Shown here piece after piece: positions 29,785 to 39,064 of a stretch of DNA of 64,000 bases. This stretch comes from an uncultured Anaerolineales bacterium. GTDB lineage: Bacteria; Chloroflexota; Anaerolineae; Aggregatilineales; Aggregatilineaceae. Where the stretch lies: the NCBI GenBank assembly GCA_937135955.1, contig CAKZOB010000065.1, forward strand, positions 9,818-73,817. Direction: 5' to 3'. Position numbers and translations under genes: made by a program. Under the pieces are notes generated by a model, which did not search any database, was not told the DNA's origin, and saw only the letters and a list, made by a program, of their open reading frames with translations. Positions within the stretch are counted from its first letter, which is position 1; every line of letters begins with the position of its first letter.

Positions 29785-31029
29785 GTGAACTTCAAACGGG
29801 TGGTCGTCACCGGCCTGGGGATCATCTGCCCGGTAGGCAACTCGCCAGACGAAGCCTGGCAGAATGCGGCCAACGGCATCTCTGGTGCACAGCATATCCC
29901 GGAATTTGAGGAACTGGGACTGAAGGTGACTTTTGGCGCGCCGATCAAGAACTACGATCCCGCGCAGCACCTCAGCAAGCGCGATCTGCGCCGCACCGAT
30001 CCGGTGACGCAGGTAGCGCACTACGTCTGCAAGCAAGCCCTGGAAGACTCCTGCCTGGACATCAGCAAGGAGAATCCCTGGGACATCGGCGTCGTCATCG
30101 GCACGGGCATCGGCGGCTTCGAGACCCTCTTCGATGGCATCAAGAAATTCCTGGAAGAAGGCCATGCCACCGTCAGCCCGCTGCTGCTGCCCATGATGTT
30201 GCCCGATAGCCCGGCGGGCAAGATCGCCATAGACTTCGGCCTGCGTGGCCCCAACATGTCCATTTCTACCGCCTGCGCCACTGGCAACAACAGCATCGGC
30301 GAGGCATTCGAGATGGTTCGCCGCGGCGCAGCCGTGGCCATGCTGGCCGGTAGCTCCGAAGCAGCGTTGCTCGGCCTGACTATCGCCAGCCTCTCGAACA
30401 TGGGCGCCATCTCGCGCCGCAACGACGATCCGCAGGGAGCGTCGCGCCCCTTCGACGCCGACCGCGACGGTTTCGTGGTTGGTGAGGGAGCAGCCGCACT
30501 GGTGCTCGAAGAACTCGAACACGCCAAAGCGCGCGGCGCTCGCATTTATTGCGAACTGACCGGCTACGGTTCGACCTGCGATGCCTATCATGTGACCGCG
30601 CCTATGGAAAACGGCGAAGGCGCGCAGGAAGCCATGCGCCGTGCCCTGCGCGGCGCTGGGCTGAAGCCCGAAGACATCAGCTACATCAACGCGCACGGCA
30701 CCAGCACGCCGCTCAACGATGTTAGCGAGACGCGCGCGATCAAAGCCGTCTTCGGTGACCACGCCTATCGGATACCGATCAGCTCGACCAAGTCCGTCAC
30801 CGGTCATCTGATGGGCGCAGCAGGCAGCGTCGAAGCTGTCCTCAGCATCAAGGCGATTACCGAGCAATTCATCCCGCCTACCATCAACCTGCATGTGCCC
30901 GACCCAGAGTGCGATCTGGACTACACGCCCAATGTCGGCAGACCCGCAGCCGTCCAGCACGTGATGAGCAACTCGTTCGGCTTCGGCGGGCATAATGCTG
31001 TGCTCGTATTCAGCAAGTACGAAGACTGA
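29785..31029 (+). CDS. fabF: 3-oxoacyl-ACP synthase II
   Basis: GTG at 29785 after GGAGGAAG. VVVTGLGIICPVG, active-site ACATG, HGTSTP, NSFGFGGHN. Confidence 0.93.
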   Translation: MNFKRVVVTGLGIICPVGNSPDEAWQNAANGISGAQHIPEFEELGLKVTFGAPIKNYDPAQHLSKRDLRRTDPVTQVAHYVCKQALEDSCLDISKENPWDIGVVIGTGIGGFETLFDGIKKFLEEGHATVSPLLLPMMLPDSPAGKIAIDFGLRGPNMSISTACATGNNSIGEAFEMVRRGAAVAMLAGSSEAALLGLTIASLSNMGAISRRNDDPQGASRPFDADRDGFVVGEGAAALVLEELEHAKARGARIYCELTGYGSTCDAYHVTAPMENGEGAQEAMRRALRGAGLKPEDISYINAHGTSTPLNDVSETRAIKAVFGDHAYRIPISSTKSVTGHLMGAAGSVEAVLSIKAITEQFIPPTINLHVPDPECDLDYTPNVGRPAAVQHVMSNSFGFGGHNAVLVFSKYED

Positions 31030-31076
31030 TCAGGGGTGCCGGGACATTCCGGCACCCACACTGGCAAGGTTCACCC

Positions 31077-32330
31077 ATGATTGACAACATCCCACGCTCA
31101 GGCCAGCTGAAGCGCGGTCGTGCCACAGCGGCCAGGCGACCGCGCCCCCTGCGCTATGCCCATATCGTCGGCTGGGGCATGGAAGTGCCCTCGCAGGTGC
31201 TCACCAATAGCGACCTGGAGGCCATCGTGGACACCACCGACGAATGGATCACTTCGCGCACTGGCATCAAAGAGCGCCGTATCGCCGCCCAGCGCGAGAC
31301 CACCACCAGCCTGGCAACCCGCGCCGCCCAGAAAGCCCTCGATGTCGCCGACATGCTGCCCAGCGACATTGACCTGATCATCGTCGCCACAGCTACCCCA
31401 GAGCACATCTTCCCCAGCACGGCCAGTCTGGTACAGGACTACCTGGGCGCGACCAACGCGGGGGCATTCGACCTCAGCGCCGCCTGTTCGGGCTTTGTCT
31501 ACGCCCTGGACATGGCCGCCAGCAAAATCCAGACCGGTGCCATCAACACGGCTATCGTCATCGGGGCCGAGACGCTCAGCCGGGTCGTGGACTGGGCCGA
31601 CCGCAACACCTGCATCCTCTTCGGCGACGGCGCAGGAGCGGTCGTGCTGCGCGGCAGCGATACGCCCGGCGGTGTGCTCAGCACCGTGCTGCGTTCCGAC
31701 GGCTCCGGTTGGGATATGCTCACCCTGCCCACCGTCAACAGCCGCGACACCTACCTGCAAGACGGCTTGCACGAGATGCACCGCATTTATATGGACGGGC
31801 GTGGGGTGTTTCGCTTCGCCACCCATGTGATCGGCGACAGCATCCGCGATGCGCTCACCCTGGCGGGCCTGACACCCGACGATCTGGCGCTGGTGATCCC
31901 TCATCAGGCCAATCAGCGCATCATCGAACATGCTGCCAAAGCCCTCAAGATTCCTGAAGAGCGCGTCTACAGCAACATCGCTCGCTATGGCAACACGTCC
32001 GCCGCGTCCATCCCCATCGCGCTGGCCGAAGCCGTAGAACAGGAACGGCTGCACGCCGGAGACATCATCGCCATGGTCGGCTTTGGGGGAGGTCTATCGT
32101 GGGCCGCCGCGGTGATCGAGTGGACAGCGGTACCAGGGCGACCGGCTTATTCGATCACCTGGGGCCGCCGCCAGGGAGCCTATGCTTACGCCGGCGTCCG
32201 GCGTCCTCTGATCCGCTGGTGGCGCCGCCTGATGTTGCTCTCGCCTACCACGTGGATTCTCAAAGCGCGCGCTTTCCTGCGTCGCCGCCGCGCTCAATTG
32301 AGCAATCTGCGCAAAACCAGGGACAACTGA
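31077..32330 (+). CDS. fabH: 3-oxoacyl-ACP synthase III with N- and C-terminal extensions
   Basis: TTDEWITSRTGIKERR, AACSGF, HQANQRI, GNTSAASIP, GGGLSW, then a 68-aa Arg/Trp-rich tail. Confidence 0.88.
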   Translation: MIDNIPRSGQLKRGRATAARRPRPLRYAHIVGWGMEVPSQVLTNSDLEAIVDTTDEWITSRTGIKERRIAAQRETTTSLATRAAQKALDVADMLPSDIDLIIVATATPEHIFPSTASLVQDYLGATNAGAFDLSAACSGFVYALDMAASKIQTGAINTAIVIGAETLSRVVDWADRNTCILFGDGAGAVVLRGSDTPGGVLSTVLRSDGSGWDMLTLPTVNSRDTYLQDGLHEMHRIYMDGRGVFRFATHVIGDSIRDALTLAGLTPDDLALVIPHQANQRIIEHAAKALKIPEERVYSNIARYGNTSAASIPIALAEAVEQERLHAGDIIAMVGFGGGLSWAAAVIEWTAVPGRPAYSITWGRRQGAYAYAGVRRPLIRWWRRLMLLSPTTWILKARAFLRRRRAQLSNLRKTRDN

Positions 32331-32337
32331 CGAGCAC

Positions 32338-33573
32338 TCAGCGGGCAAAGTGCGCCACGCACTCGATGTGATACGTTTGCGGGAACATGTCCACTGGCGT
32401 CACTGCCAGCAAGCGGTAGCCGTGCGCTGCCAGCCGCTTGGCGTCGCGAGCCAGCGTGGCTGGTTCGCAACTCACATAGACCACCGTGCGCGGAGCAAGC
32501 GCCACCAGCGCGTCGAGGGCCGCGGCTTCTACACCTGTGCGCGGTGGGTCGAGTACGGCTGCGTCGTAAGGCCCTTCCAGTTCGGGCAGCACATCTTCGA
32601 CCGCACCCTCGATCAGATCGACGTTGTCGAGATCGGCCAGGTTCACATCGGCGTCGGTCACTGCGGGCGGATAGCTCTCCACCGACGTGACCAGCGCCGC
32701 CCGCTCGGCCAGAAAAGCCGTGAACAGCCCCACACCCGCATAGAGATCGAGCACCGTTTCGTCCCCGCGCAGATTGAGCGTCTCCAGCACCAGCCGAACC
32801 AGCGCCTCGGCCTGCGGCAGATTGACCTGGAAGAAACCGCCCGCCGTCACCCGGAAGGCACGCCCCGCCACCCGGTAGGTGACATGACTCGATCCAACCA
32901 GGTTGACCGGCTCATTATCGCTTAGCAGCAGATTGACCGAGACTGGCATGGTCACTTCCAGTTCCGGAGCCTGATCATCCTGCGTGCTCAGCACCAACAT
33001 CAGGTCTCCGTCCGAGCCGACCTGAGCGCGCACGCGCGTCAGACCGGCCATCTCGTCGAAATTTAATTCGTCCAGCAGGGCGCGCAATTCCGGGCGCAGG
33101 ATATGGCATTCTTCGATAGGCACCAGCGTTTCGTTGTCCGTGCCCACAAAGCACAGGTTGCCCGCCTCGTCCACATGAAAAGTCGCGTGATAACGGTACT
33201 CCCAGGGATCGGGGCTGGGAATGGTAGGGCGCACGGGCGGGTTGGCTATGCCACCAATACGCCGCAGTTGATCCACTACTACGTCGCGCTTATAGGCCGG
33301 CTGCGCAGCATACTCGATGTGCTGGAAATGGCACCCTCCACACCGACCAGGACCGAAGTGCGGGCAACGCGGCGTCACCCGCTGCGGAGAAGGAGTCAGG
33401 ACGCGCTCGCACCAAGCGAAGGCGAACCGTCCGCGATCATCGTGAATGCGCGCCAGGATGCGCTCGCCAGGGATAGTATAGGGCGTGAAGATGACACGCC
33501 CGCCATGCCGGGTCAGCGTTTGCCCGCCATGCACCATCTCCGACGGCGTGATCTCAATTGTCTGGCCGGTCAT
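32338..33573 (-). CDS. RumA/TrmA-family 23S rRNA (uracil-C5)-methyltransferase-like enzyme with a TRAM domain and Fe-S cysteines
   Basis: CPHFGPGRCGGCHFQH cluster, SAM motif VLDLYAGVG, VYVSCEP, catalytic-Cys context. Confidence 0.8.
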   Translation of the reverse strand: MTGQTIEITPSEMVHGGQTLTRHGGRVIFTPYTIPGERILARIHDDRGRFAFAWCERVLTPSPQRVTPRCPHFGPGRCGGCHFQHIEYAAQPAYKRDVVVDQLRRIGGIANPPVRPTIPSPDPWEYRYHATFHVDEAGNLCFVGTDNETLVPIEECHILRPELRALLDELNFDEMAGLTRVRAQVGSDGDLMLVLSTQDDQAPELEVTMPVSVNLLLSDNEPVNLVGSSHVTYRVAGRAFRVTAGGFFQVNLPQAEALVRLVLETLNLRGDETVLDLYAGVGLFTAFLAERAALVTSVESYPPAVTDADVNLADLDNVDLIEGAVEDVLPELEGPYDAAVLDPPRTGVEAAALDALVALAPRTVVYVSCEPATLARDAKRLAAHGYRLLAVTPVDMFPQTYHIECVAHFAR

Positions 33574-33695
33574 AGGCGCTCCTCACCCTATCTGGCGAAT
33601 GGTGGCCGAAGTATAGCGTACATCCAACAGGGCGCGAAGGGTCAGCCCTGGCAGGCATCCGCCACCTCTCGCCAGGCATGTATCGTCTACCCTGC

Positions 33696-33724
33696 TTGAC
33701 GTTCCAGAACATTAGTGCTACACT
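33696..33724 (+). promoter_or_regulatory. Promoter for the nurA-like gene
   Basis: TTGACG, 17-nt spacer, TACACT. An AGGAGG SD lies 6 nt before the GTG at 33768. Confidence 0.6.
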
Positions 33725-33767
33725 GACTTCCGTCTGAAGCCATTCACCTGAGTGCAGGAGGCCGCCG

Positions 33768-34994
33768 GTGACGCTCGAATTCGACAAAGTTGTGTCGCAG
33801 GTACAGGCCATGGGTCATGCCCTCGCCGCGCGCAGCGCCACGCAGAGCGAACGCCTGGCGCTGGCCTGGGAGCGGCTATCGCTGCTGGAAGACCTGGAAG
33901 CAGTACACCAGCGCATCGCCCTGGTGCGCGAGCGCGATGCCGGCTTCCGCGGAGTGGCGCTGTTGCACGAACCTGCTAACCGCGCCTACCCCTTACCCCC
34001 CCTGCCCAAACGCGCCACCATCCTGGCCGCCGATGGCTCGCAGGTCTACCCGAACGCGCACGCTGCCGCGCTCTATTACCTGATCAACGTGGGCGTGTTC
34101 ATCTACTACCATGGCACGGACGCCCTGCCGATCCCCCTCACTCAGCCCTCCCTGCACTACACCGACGACAAGCTTTACGACAAAGAGGGCCGTCTGATTA
34201 CCAACGCGGCGGTCAATGCACGGCGCACCGAGCAGGAACTGGCCACCTTGGTAGATAAGGTTAAACAGCACCGTCCGAGCGACGGGCCACTGCTGGCGCT
34301 GCTAGACGGTCCGCTGTTGTTCTGGGCCGGCAAGGATGTGCCCGACGGCAAAGAGTTGCAGGCCCAATATCTGGGGCACCTGATTCGGCTACACGATCTG
34401 CACGCCAACGACCCTGCCGACCGCGACCGTCCCGTCTGTCTGGCCGGTTATGTGGATCGCCCGTCGAGCGCTTTTCTGATCAGCCTGCTGCACCTGATGA
34501 GCCTCGCCCCCGACGATGTGCGCAAAGCCAGGCTGGAGACTAACGGCGACCTGGAAGGGTTGACCGACCAGCCGTTGCTCTTCAAGCTGCTCAAGCCGGG
34601 CGAACGCTCGGCGTTGCTGGTGCAGCAGTCGCCCCAGAACAAACTGTATCACGACAAAGACCCCAAATATGAGATCGCCTGTTTCTACCTGAACGTGAGC
34701 GCAGCGCCACCCTATCATCTGGCGCGCGTGGAGGTGCCCATGTGGGTCGCCCGCCAACCGGCGCTGGTAGATATCGTGCACGCCCTGATTTACAGTCAGT
34801 GCCAGTTTATGTGGCGCTACCCCTACGCCCTCACCCGCGCCGACGAACTGGCCGTCGTGCGCGATCACGAACGCGCGCAGCTCAACGAATTGATCGAGAT
34901 CGAGCTGCGCCGTCATCAGCAAACTGTCGCGCAGTCGGAGAAGCTGGAATCGAAGGCCGCGCGTCATGGGCGCACTCACTACGACCGCCGATAG
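33768..34994 (+). CDS. nurA: NurA-domain 5'-3' nuclease
   Basis: ILAADGSQV (catalytic Asp context), [30 protein letters not shown]. 408 aa. Confidence 0.75.
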   Translation: MTLEFDKVVSQVQAMGHALAARSATQSERLALAWERLSLLEDLEAVHQRIALVRERDAGFRGVALLHEPANRAYPLPPLPKRATILAADGSQVYPNAHAAALYYLINVGVFIYYHGTDALPIPLTQPSLHYTDDKLYDKEGRLITNAAVNARRTEQELATLVDKVKQHRPSDGPLLALLDGPLLFWAGKDVPDGKELQAQYLGHLIRLHDLHANDPADRDRPVCLAGYVDRPSSAFLISLLHLMSLAPDDVRKARLETNGDLEGLTDQPLLFKLLKPGERSALLVQQSPQNKLYHDKDPKYEIACFYLNVSAAPPYHLARVEVPMWVARQPALVDIVHALIYSQCQFMWRYPYALTRADELAVVRDHERAQLNELIEIELRRHQQTVAQSEKLESKAARHGRTHYDRR

Positions 34995-35002
34995 GAGATT
35001 TC

Positions 35003-35481
35003 ACCGCCGAGACACAGAGAGCGCAGAGGAAAATATTGTGGAGAAAGATCATTCTGTCCGTATGCTCACACAGCAGATCATTGGTGCAGCGATCGAAGTG
35101 CATCGGGCGCTTGGCCCAGGGTTACTGGAATCGGCCTATGAGACATGTTTGTGCCACGAGCTGTCACTGCGCGAGATCCCATTCGACAGACAGAAGCAAC
35201 TTCCCGTTGTATACAAGGGTGTAGAAATAGAGTGCGGATACAGACTGGATTTGCTGGTAGCCGACACAGTAGTCGTTGAACTCAAGGCCGCGGAACAATT
35301 GCTGCCTGTTCACCAGGCACAGGTTCTATCGTACTTGCGTCTGGGTGGTTGGGAAGTTGGTCTGCTCATCAACTTTCATGTACCTGTCCTCAGGCAAGGC
35401 ATAAGACGCATTGTCCTTGGACTCAAAGAGGCTTGAACACTCTCTACAAGAAGAACCGTGCGTCCTCTGCGTCTCCGCGGT
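35003..35481 (+). mobile_element. Low-GC mini-cassette bounded by inverted repeats, carrying the GxxExxY gene
   Basis: ACCGCCGAGAC...GCAGAGGA (35003-35030) pairs with TCCTCTGCGTCTCCGCGGT (35463-35481). The interior is about 51% GC by hand count over 240 nt, against about 63% in the flanks. Confidence 0.5.
35038..35436 (+). CDS. GxxExxY-family protein (PD-(D/E)XK-like fold)
   Basis: [29 protein letters not shown]...[17 protein letters not shown]...[13 protein letters not shown] at 35038 after AGAGGA; ATG 35062 is the alternative start. Confidence 0.8.
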   Translation: MEKDHSVRMLTQQIIGAAIEVHRALGPGLLESAYETCLCHELSLREIPFDRQKQLPVVYKGVEIECGYRLDLLVADTVVVELKAAEQLLPVHQAQVLSYLRLGGWEVGLLINFHVPVLRQGIRRIVLGLKEA

Positions 35482-35513
35482 TCAATAGTCTATGTGCTTG
35501 GCAGGAGAAACCT

Positions 35514-36116
35514 ATGGCAGAACAACAAGCTCTTATCGGCCAGGTATTGCGGGCCAGCACGGTCGGCTTTGTGTGCGGCACGCGCAGCCAGTCCATCGAG
35601 CATCCGGCGTTCGGTGCATTCGTGCGCACCCAGCCAGACGGCGCGTCCAGCATGGCGGTGATCGGCCTGATTCACGCCATCAGCATTGACGACGACCCGC
35701 TAGTGCGCCAGATGATCCTGGCCAACAACATGAATCCGGCCACCATTCGCGATCAGCGCGAGAATCGCATGGTGCCGCTGGAGATCAGCGTGCTGAACGT
35801 CGGCTATGAGCAGGACGGCAAACTGTATCAGGCATTACCGCCCCGCCCGCCGCTGAGCCTGGACCCGGTCTATCTGTGCGATGCAGCAACCATAGCCCGT
35901 TTCACTGCACGGCTCGATTTCCTGCGCCTGGTGCTTTCGGCGGGCGATGTACCGACCGAAGAATTGCTGGCAGCCGCCCTGAAGAATGCGGCAGACGTGC
36001 GCCCGCTCGCAGAGCGACGGGCCTTTCTGATAGAGGCGGGTCGCCAACTGGCCGGTCTGCTCAGCCAGGAGTTGCCGCGCTTACAATACGTGCTGCGTCT
36101 GCTCACGCCCGCCTAG
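35514..36116 (+). CDS. Stand-alone HAS-barrel-like protein (resembles the HerA N-terminal domain, no ATPase domain)
   Basis: ATG at 35514 after AGGAGA. The N-terminal ~130 aa parallel the barrel region of the ATPase at 37355. The C-terminal ~70 aa are helical. Confidence 0.5.
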   Translation: MAEQQALIGQVLRASTVGFVCGTRSQSIEHPAFGAFVRTQPDGASSMAVIGLIHAISIDDDPLVRQMILANNMNPATIRDQRENRMVPLEISVLNVGYEQDGKLYQALPPRPPLSLDPVYLCDAATIARFTARLDFLRLVLSAGDVPTEELLAAALKNAADVRPLAERRAFLIEAGRQLAGLLSQELPRLQYVLRLLTPA

Positions 36117-37230
36117 CAGGGCGATGCAGCGTCGCAAGATAGCGCCTGCGTGGCAACGAAACCAGACCGTCTTCCCAGGCGAAGTACCAGGCGGCGGCGA
36201 ACAGAATAATGGGGTACAGCAAGTCCACAGGGGCGACGCGCGTGCCCAGCGCCAGGCGCAACAGGGGCGTGAACGTCGTCGCATAAGCCAGAGTAGCGAG
36301 GCGGCGACTGCGAGCAGCAATGAACAACACTGCTGGAATGAGGTTGACATAATGATTGCCGGTCGCATACTGGGCAAAAACCAGATTGGTCGCCAGGGCG
36401 ATGCTCAGTGTCCAGCGGTGCAGCCCGACCCGCCACGCCAGCCACAGCGCCAGTGCCACACAAACTGTTGCCAGCAAGATCAGCGGCCAGAAAGGGAAGT
36501 CTATGCTGCGGGCAATGCGCCACAGGGTAAGCGTCAGGTAGGCCTTGTCCGGAGGATCAAGCTGATACATTTCCAGGTAGCGTAGCGGCCAGTCTACGCC
36601 GAGAATCACGAACGAGGCCAGCAGCGAGATCACCGGCAACACCAGAACCTTCGCCTGTTCGGCCCGCGACCAGTGACGGATAGCGATCAGATAGACAGCG
36701 GCGACCAGCACCACGTTGATGGGTTTGATTGCCATTAGCCAAAAGGCCAGCGATAGCATCCAGGGCCGACGCTGATGAATGGCCCACCAACCAAGCGCAA
36801 CGCCCAGCGGCACAAAACCATCAACCTGAACGCGAATGAGCACATCGAAAGTGTGCAGATTGAGCAAGGCAAAGACCAGAGCATATCCGGGAAACGATCG
36901 CTTTTCGCGCACCAGATGCGTGCTGGCCAGCAGCATCACCATCGTACCGACTATGAACACCGCCTGTCCAACGCGCAGCGAGAGGGCCGTCAAAGGGACG
37001 AAAAACAGCAAAACCCAGGGAGCATTATAAAAGCCCAAAGTCTGTCGATCATAGAGCTGTGTTTCTCCGGCCAGAAGCTTCTTAGTGACCGGATGGAAAG
37101 TGAAGTAGTAGTCAACGCCGATCGGCCAGACCCTGGCCATCAGCACCACCAGCAAGAGGGTCACAGCGACCAGCATGGCCAGTGCCAGAACTGCAGAGAT
37201 GGCCCGCGAACGAGAAAACACGTCAGACAT
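36103..37230 (-). CDS. Polytopic membrane protein, GT-C/DUF2029-like putative glycosyltransferase
   Basis: 375 aa with about 10 predicted TM helices. The 3' end overlaps the convergent gene by 14 nt. Confidence 0.5.
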   Translation of the reverse strand: MSDVFSRSRAISAVLALAMLVAVTLLLVVLMARVWPIGVDYYFTFHPVTKKLLAGETQLYDRQTLGFYNAPWVLLFFVPLTALSLRVGQAVFIVGTMVMLLASTHLVREKRSFPGYALVFALLNLHTFDVLIRVQVDGFVPLGVALGWWAIHQRRPWMLSLAFWLMAIKPINVVLVAAVYLIAIRHWSRAEQAKVLVLPVISLLASFVILGVDWPLRYLEMYQLDPPDKAYLTLTLWRIARSIDFPFWPLILLATVCVALALWLAWRVGLHRWTLSIALATNLVFAQYATGNHYVNLIPAVLFIAARSRRLATLAYATTFTPLLRLALGTRVAPVDLLYPIILFAAAWYFAWEDGLVSLPRRRYLATLHRPARRA

Positions 37231-37354
37231 GGGAAATGCCTTAATTTATTGATTGCCTGGAAATACGATCTATCACCAAACCATTATAGCCCTTAGGAGA
37301 AACGACCTCGGCTGTCCAGCCATGAAAAAAGGATGAATTCACGGGGAAAATGCC

Positions 37355-39058
37355 ATGACTGCACGCGATCCGCTCTACCCATACCCGGACTCGGACAATC
37401 TGGACGAATGGTTTCCGCGCAGTGCCACGACCTCTCCTGCCACGCCAGTGGCTGGCCAACGGCTGGGCGTAGTCGTTGGCGGCTCGCTCAGCCGAGGGCT
37501 GGATGTCAAGCTCGATCCGGCCACACCCATCGAAGAGCTGGCCGTCGGGCGCTATGTCGTGGTACATGGGTACAAAAAACGCTTCTTCTGCATGATCACC
37601 GACGTGATGCTCGACGCCACCAACCCCGCCATCCGCAGCGACCCGCCCGACCTCAGCGACTCGTTCCTGCGCGAAGTCTATAGCGGCACGGCGGCCTTCG
37701 GCACCATTCACGTCGCACCCATGCTCAGCCTTGACGAAGGCGAGGACGAACCCAAACCAGTGCGCACCATCCCCAGCCACTTCACCCCTGTCGTGATCGC
37801 CTCTGCCGAAGACGTGAACGATGTCTTCGGCCAGGAAGATGCCACGCATTTCCATATTGGCGCGCCGCTAGAACTGGAAGAGACAAAGGTACACCTAGAC
37901 CTGCGCCGCCTGGTAGAACGCTCCGTTGGGGTGTTCGGCAAGAGCGGCACCGGCAAGAGCTTCCTGACGCGCATCCTGCTGGCGGGCATCATCCGCAACG
38001 ACGTGGCCGTCACGCTGATCTTCGATATGCACAATGACTATGGCTGGGCGGTCAAGACCGAGAGCGGCGTGCAGGCGAAAGGACTCAAACAACTTTTCGG
38101 CAGCCGCGTCGCCATCTTCACCCTCGACCCCGACGCCACGCGCCGGCGCGGTGCCACCTACGATCACGCCGTTACCATCGGCTACGACGAGATCGAGCCG
38201 GAAGACCTGGCCATGCTCAAGACGACCCTCGATCTCTCCGACGCTATGATTGACGCCGCCTACGAGCTGCACAAGCTGTGGGGCAAGGGCTGGATTGGCC
38301 GCCTGATTGACGCCACGCCAGAATTGCTCGACGTGCTCAAAGAAGAACTGGCCGCCAGCTTCGTATCTGTGCTGGCGCTCAAGCGACGGGTGCAACGCTT
38401 CGAGCGCTACGATTTCCTCAAACCGCAGGCGGTCGAGGACTCCGCCAGGAAAATCCTGGAATACTTAGAAAACCGCAAGAACGTCGTGCTGGAATTCGGT
38501 CGCTACGGCAACGCCCTGGACGCCTATATCCTGGTTGCCAACTACCTGACGCGCCGCATTCACCAGATGTACGTCGAGCGCGTGGAAAAAGCTCTGGGCG
38601 ATTCAGCCCTTGAGCCGCCCCAACTGCTGATCACCATCGAGGAAGCGCACAAATTCCTCGACCCGCAGATCGCCCGGCAGACCATCTTCGGCATCATCGC
38701 CCGCGAGCTGCGCAAGTACAATGTCACCCTGCTGATCGTGGATCAGCGGCCCAGCGGCATTGATGAAGAGGTGATGAGTCAGATCGGCACGCGCGTCACG
38801 GCGTTGCTCGACAACGAGCGCGACATCGCCGCCGTGCTCACCGGCATCAGCGGGGCGGCTGGTCTGCGCGAAGTCCTGGCCCGGCTCGATACCCGTCAGC
38901 AGGCACTGATCATGGGCCATGCTGTGCCCATGCCCGTCGTGGTGAAAACGCGCACTTACGATGCCGACTTCTACGCCAGCATCAGCCCTGCCGCCATGTC
39001 AGAGACAGACACAGCCGCCCCGCGCCCCAGCGATCCGGAATCGCGGCGGCTGCGCTGA
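37355..39058 (+). CDS. herA: HerA-family (DUF87) hexameric ATPase/translocase
   Basis: N-terminal barrel; Walker A FGKSGTGKSF; Walker B LLITIEEAHKF; LLIVDQRPSGID. Confidence 0.8.
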   Translation: MTARDPLYPYPDSDNLDEWFPRSATTSPATPVAGQRLGVVVGGSLSRGLDVKLDPATPIEELAVGRYVVVHGYKKRFFCMITDVMLDATNPAIRSDPPDLSDSFLREVYSGTAAFGTIHVAPMLSLDEGEDEPKPVRTIPSHFTPVVIASAEDVNDVFGQEDATHFHIGAPLELEETKVHLDLRRLVERSVGVFGKSGTGKSFLTRILLAGIIRNDVAVTLIFDMHNDYGWAVKTESGVQAKGLKQLFGSRVAIFTLDPDATRRRGATYDHAVTIGYDEIEPEDLAMLKTTLDLSDAMIDAAYELHKLWGKGWIGRLIDATPELLDVLKEELAASFVSVLALKRRVQRFERYDFLKPQAVEDSARKILEYLENRKNVVLEFGRYGNALDAYILVANYLTRRIHQMYVERVEKALGDSALEPPQLLITIEEAHKFLDPQIARQTIFGIIARELRKYNVTLLIVDQRPSGIDEEVMSQIGTRVTALLDNERDIAAVLTGISGAAGLREVLARLDTRQQALIMGHAVPMPVVVKTRTYDADFYASISPAAMSETDTAAPRPSDPESRRLR

Positions 39059-39064
39059 ACTGTG

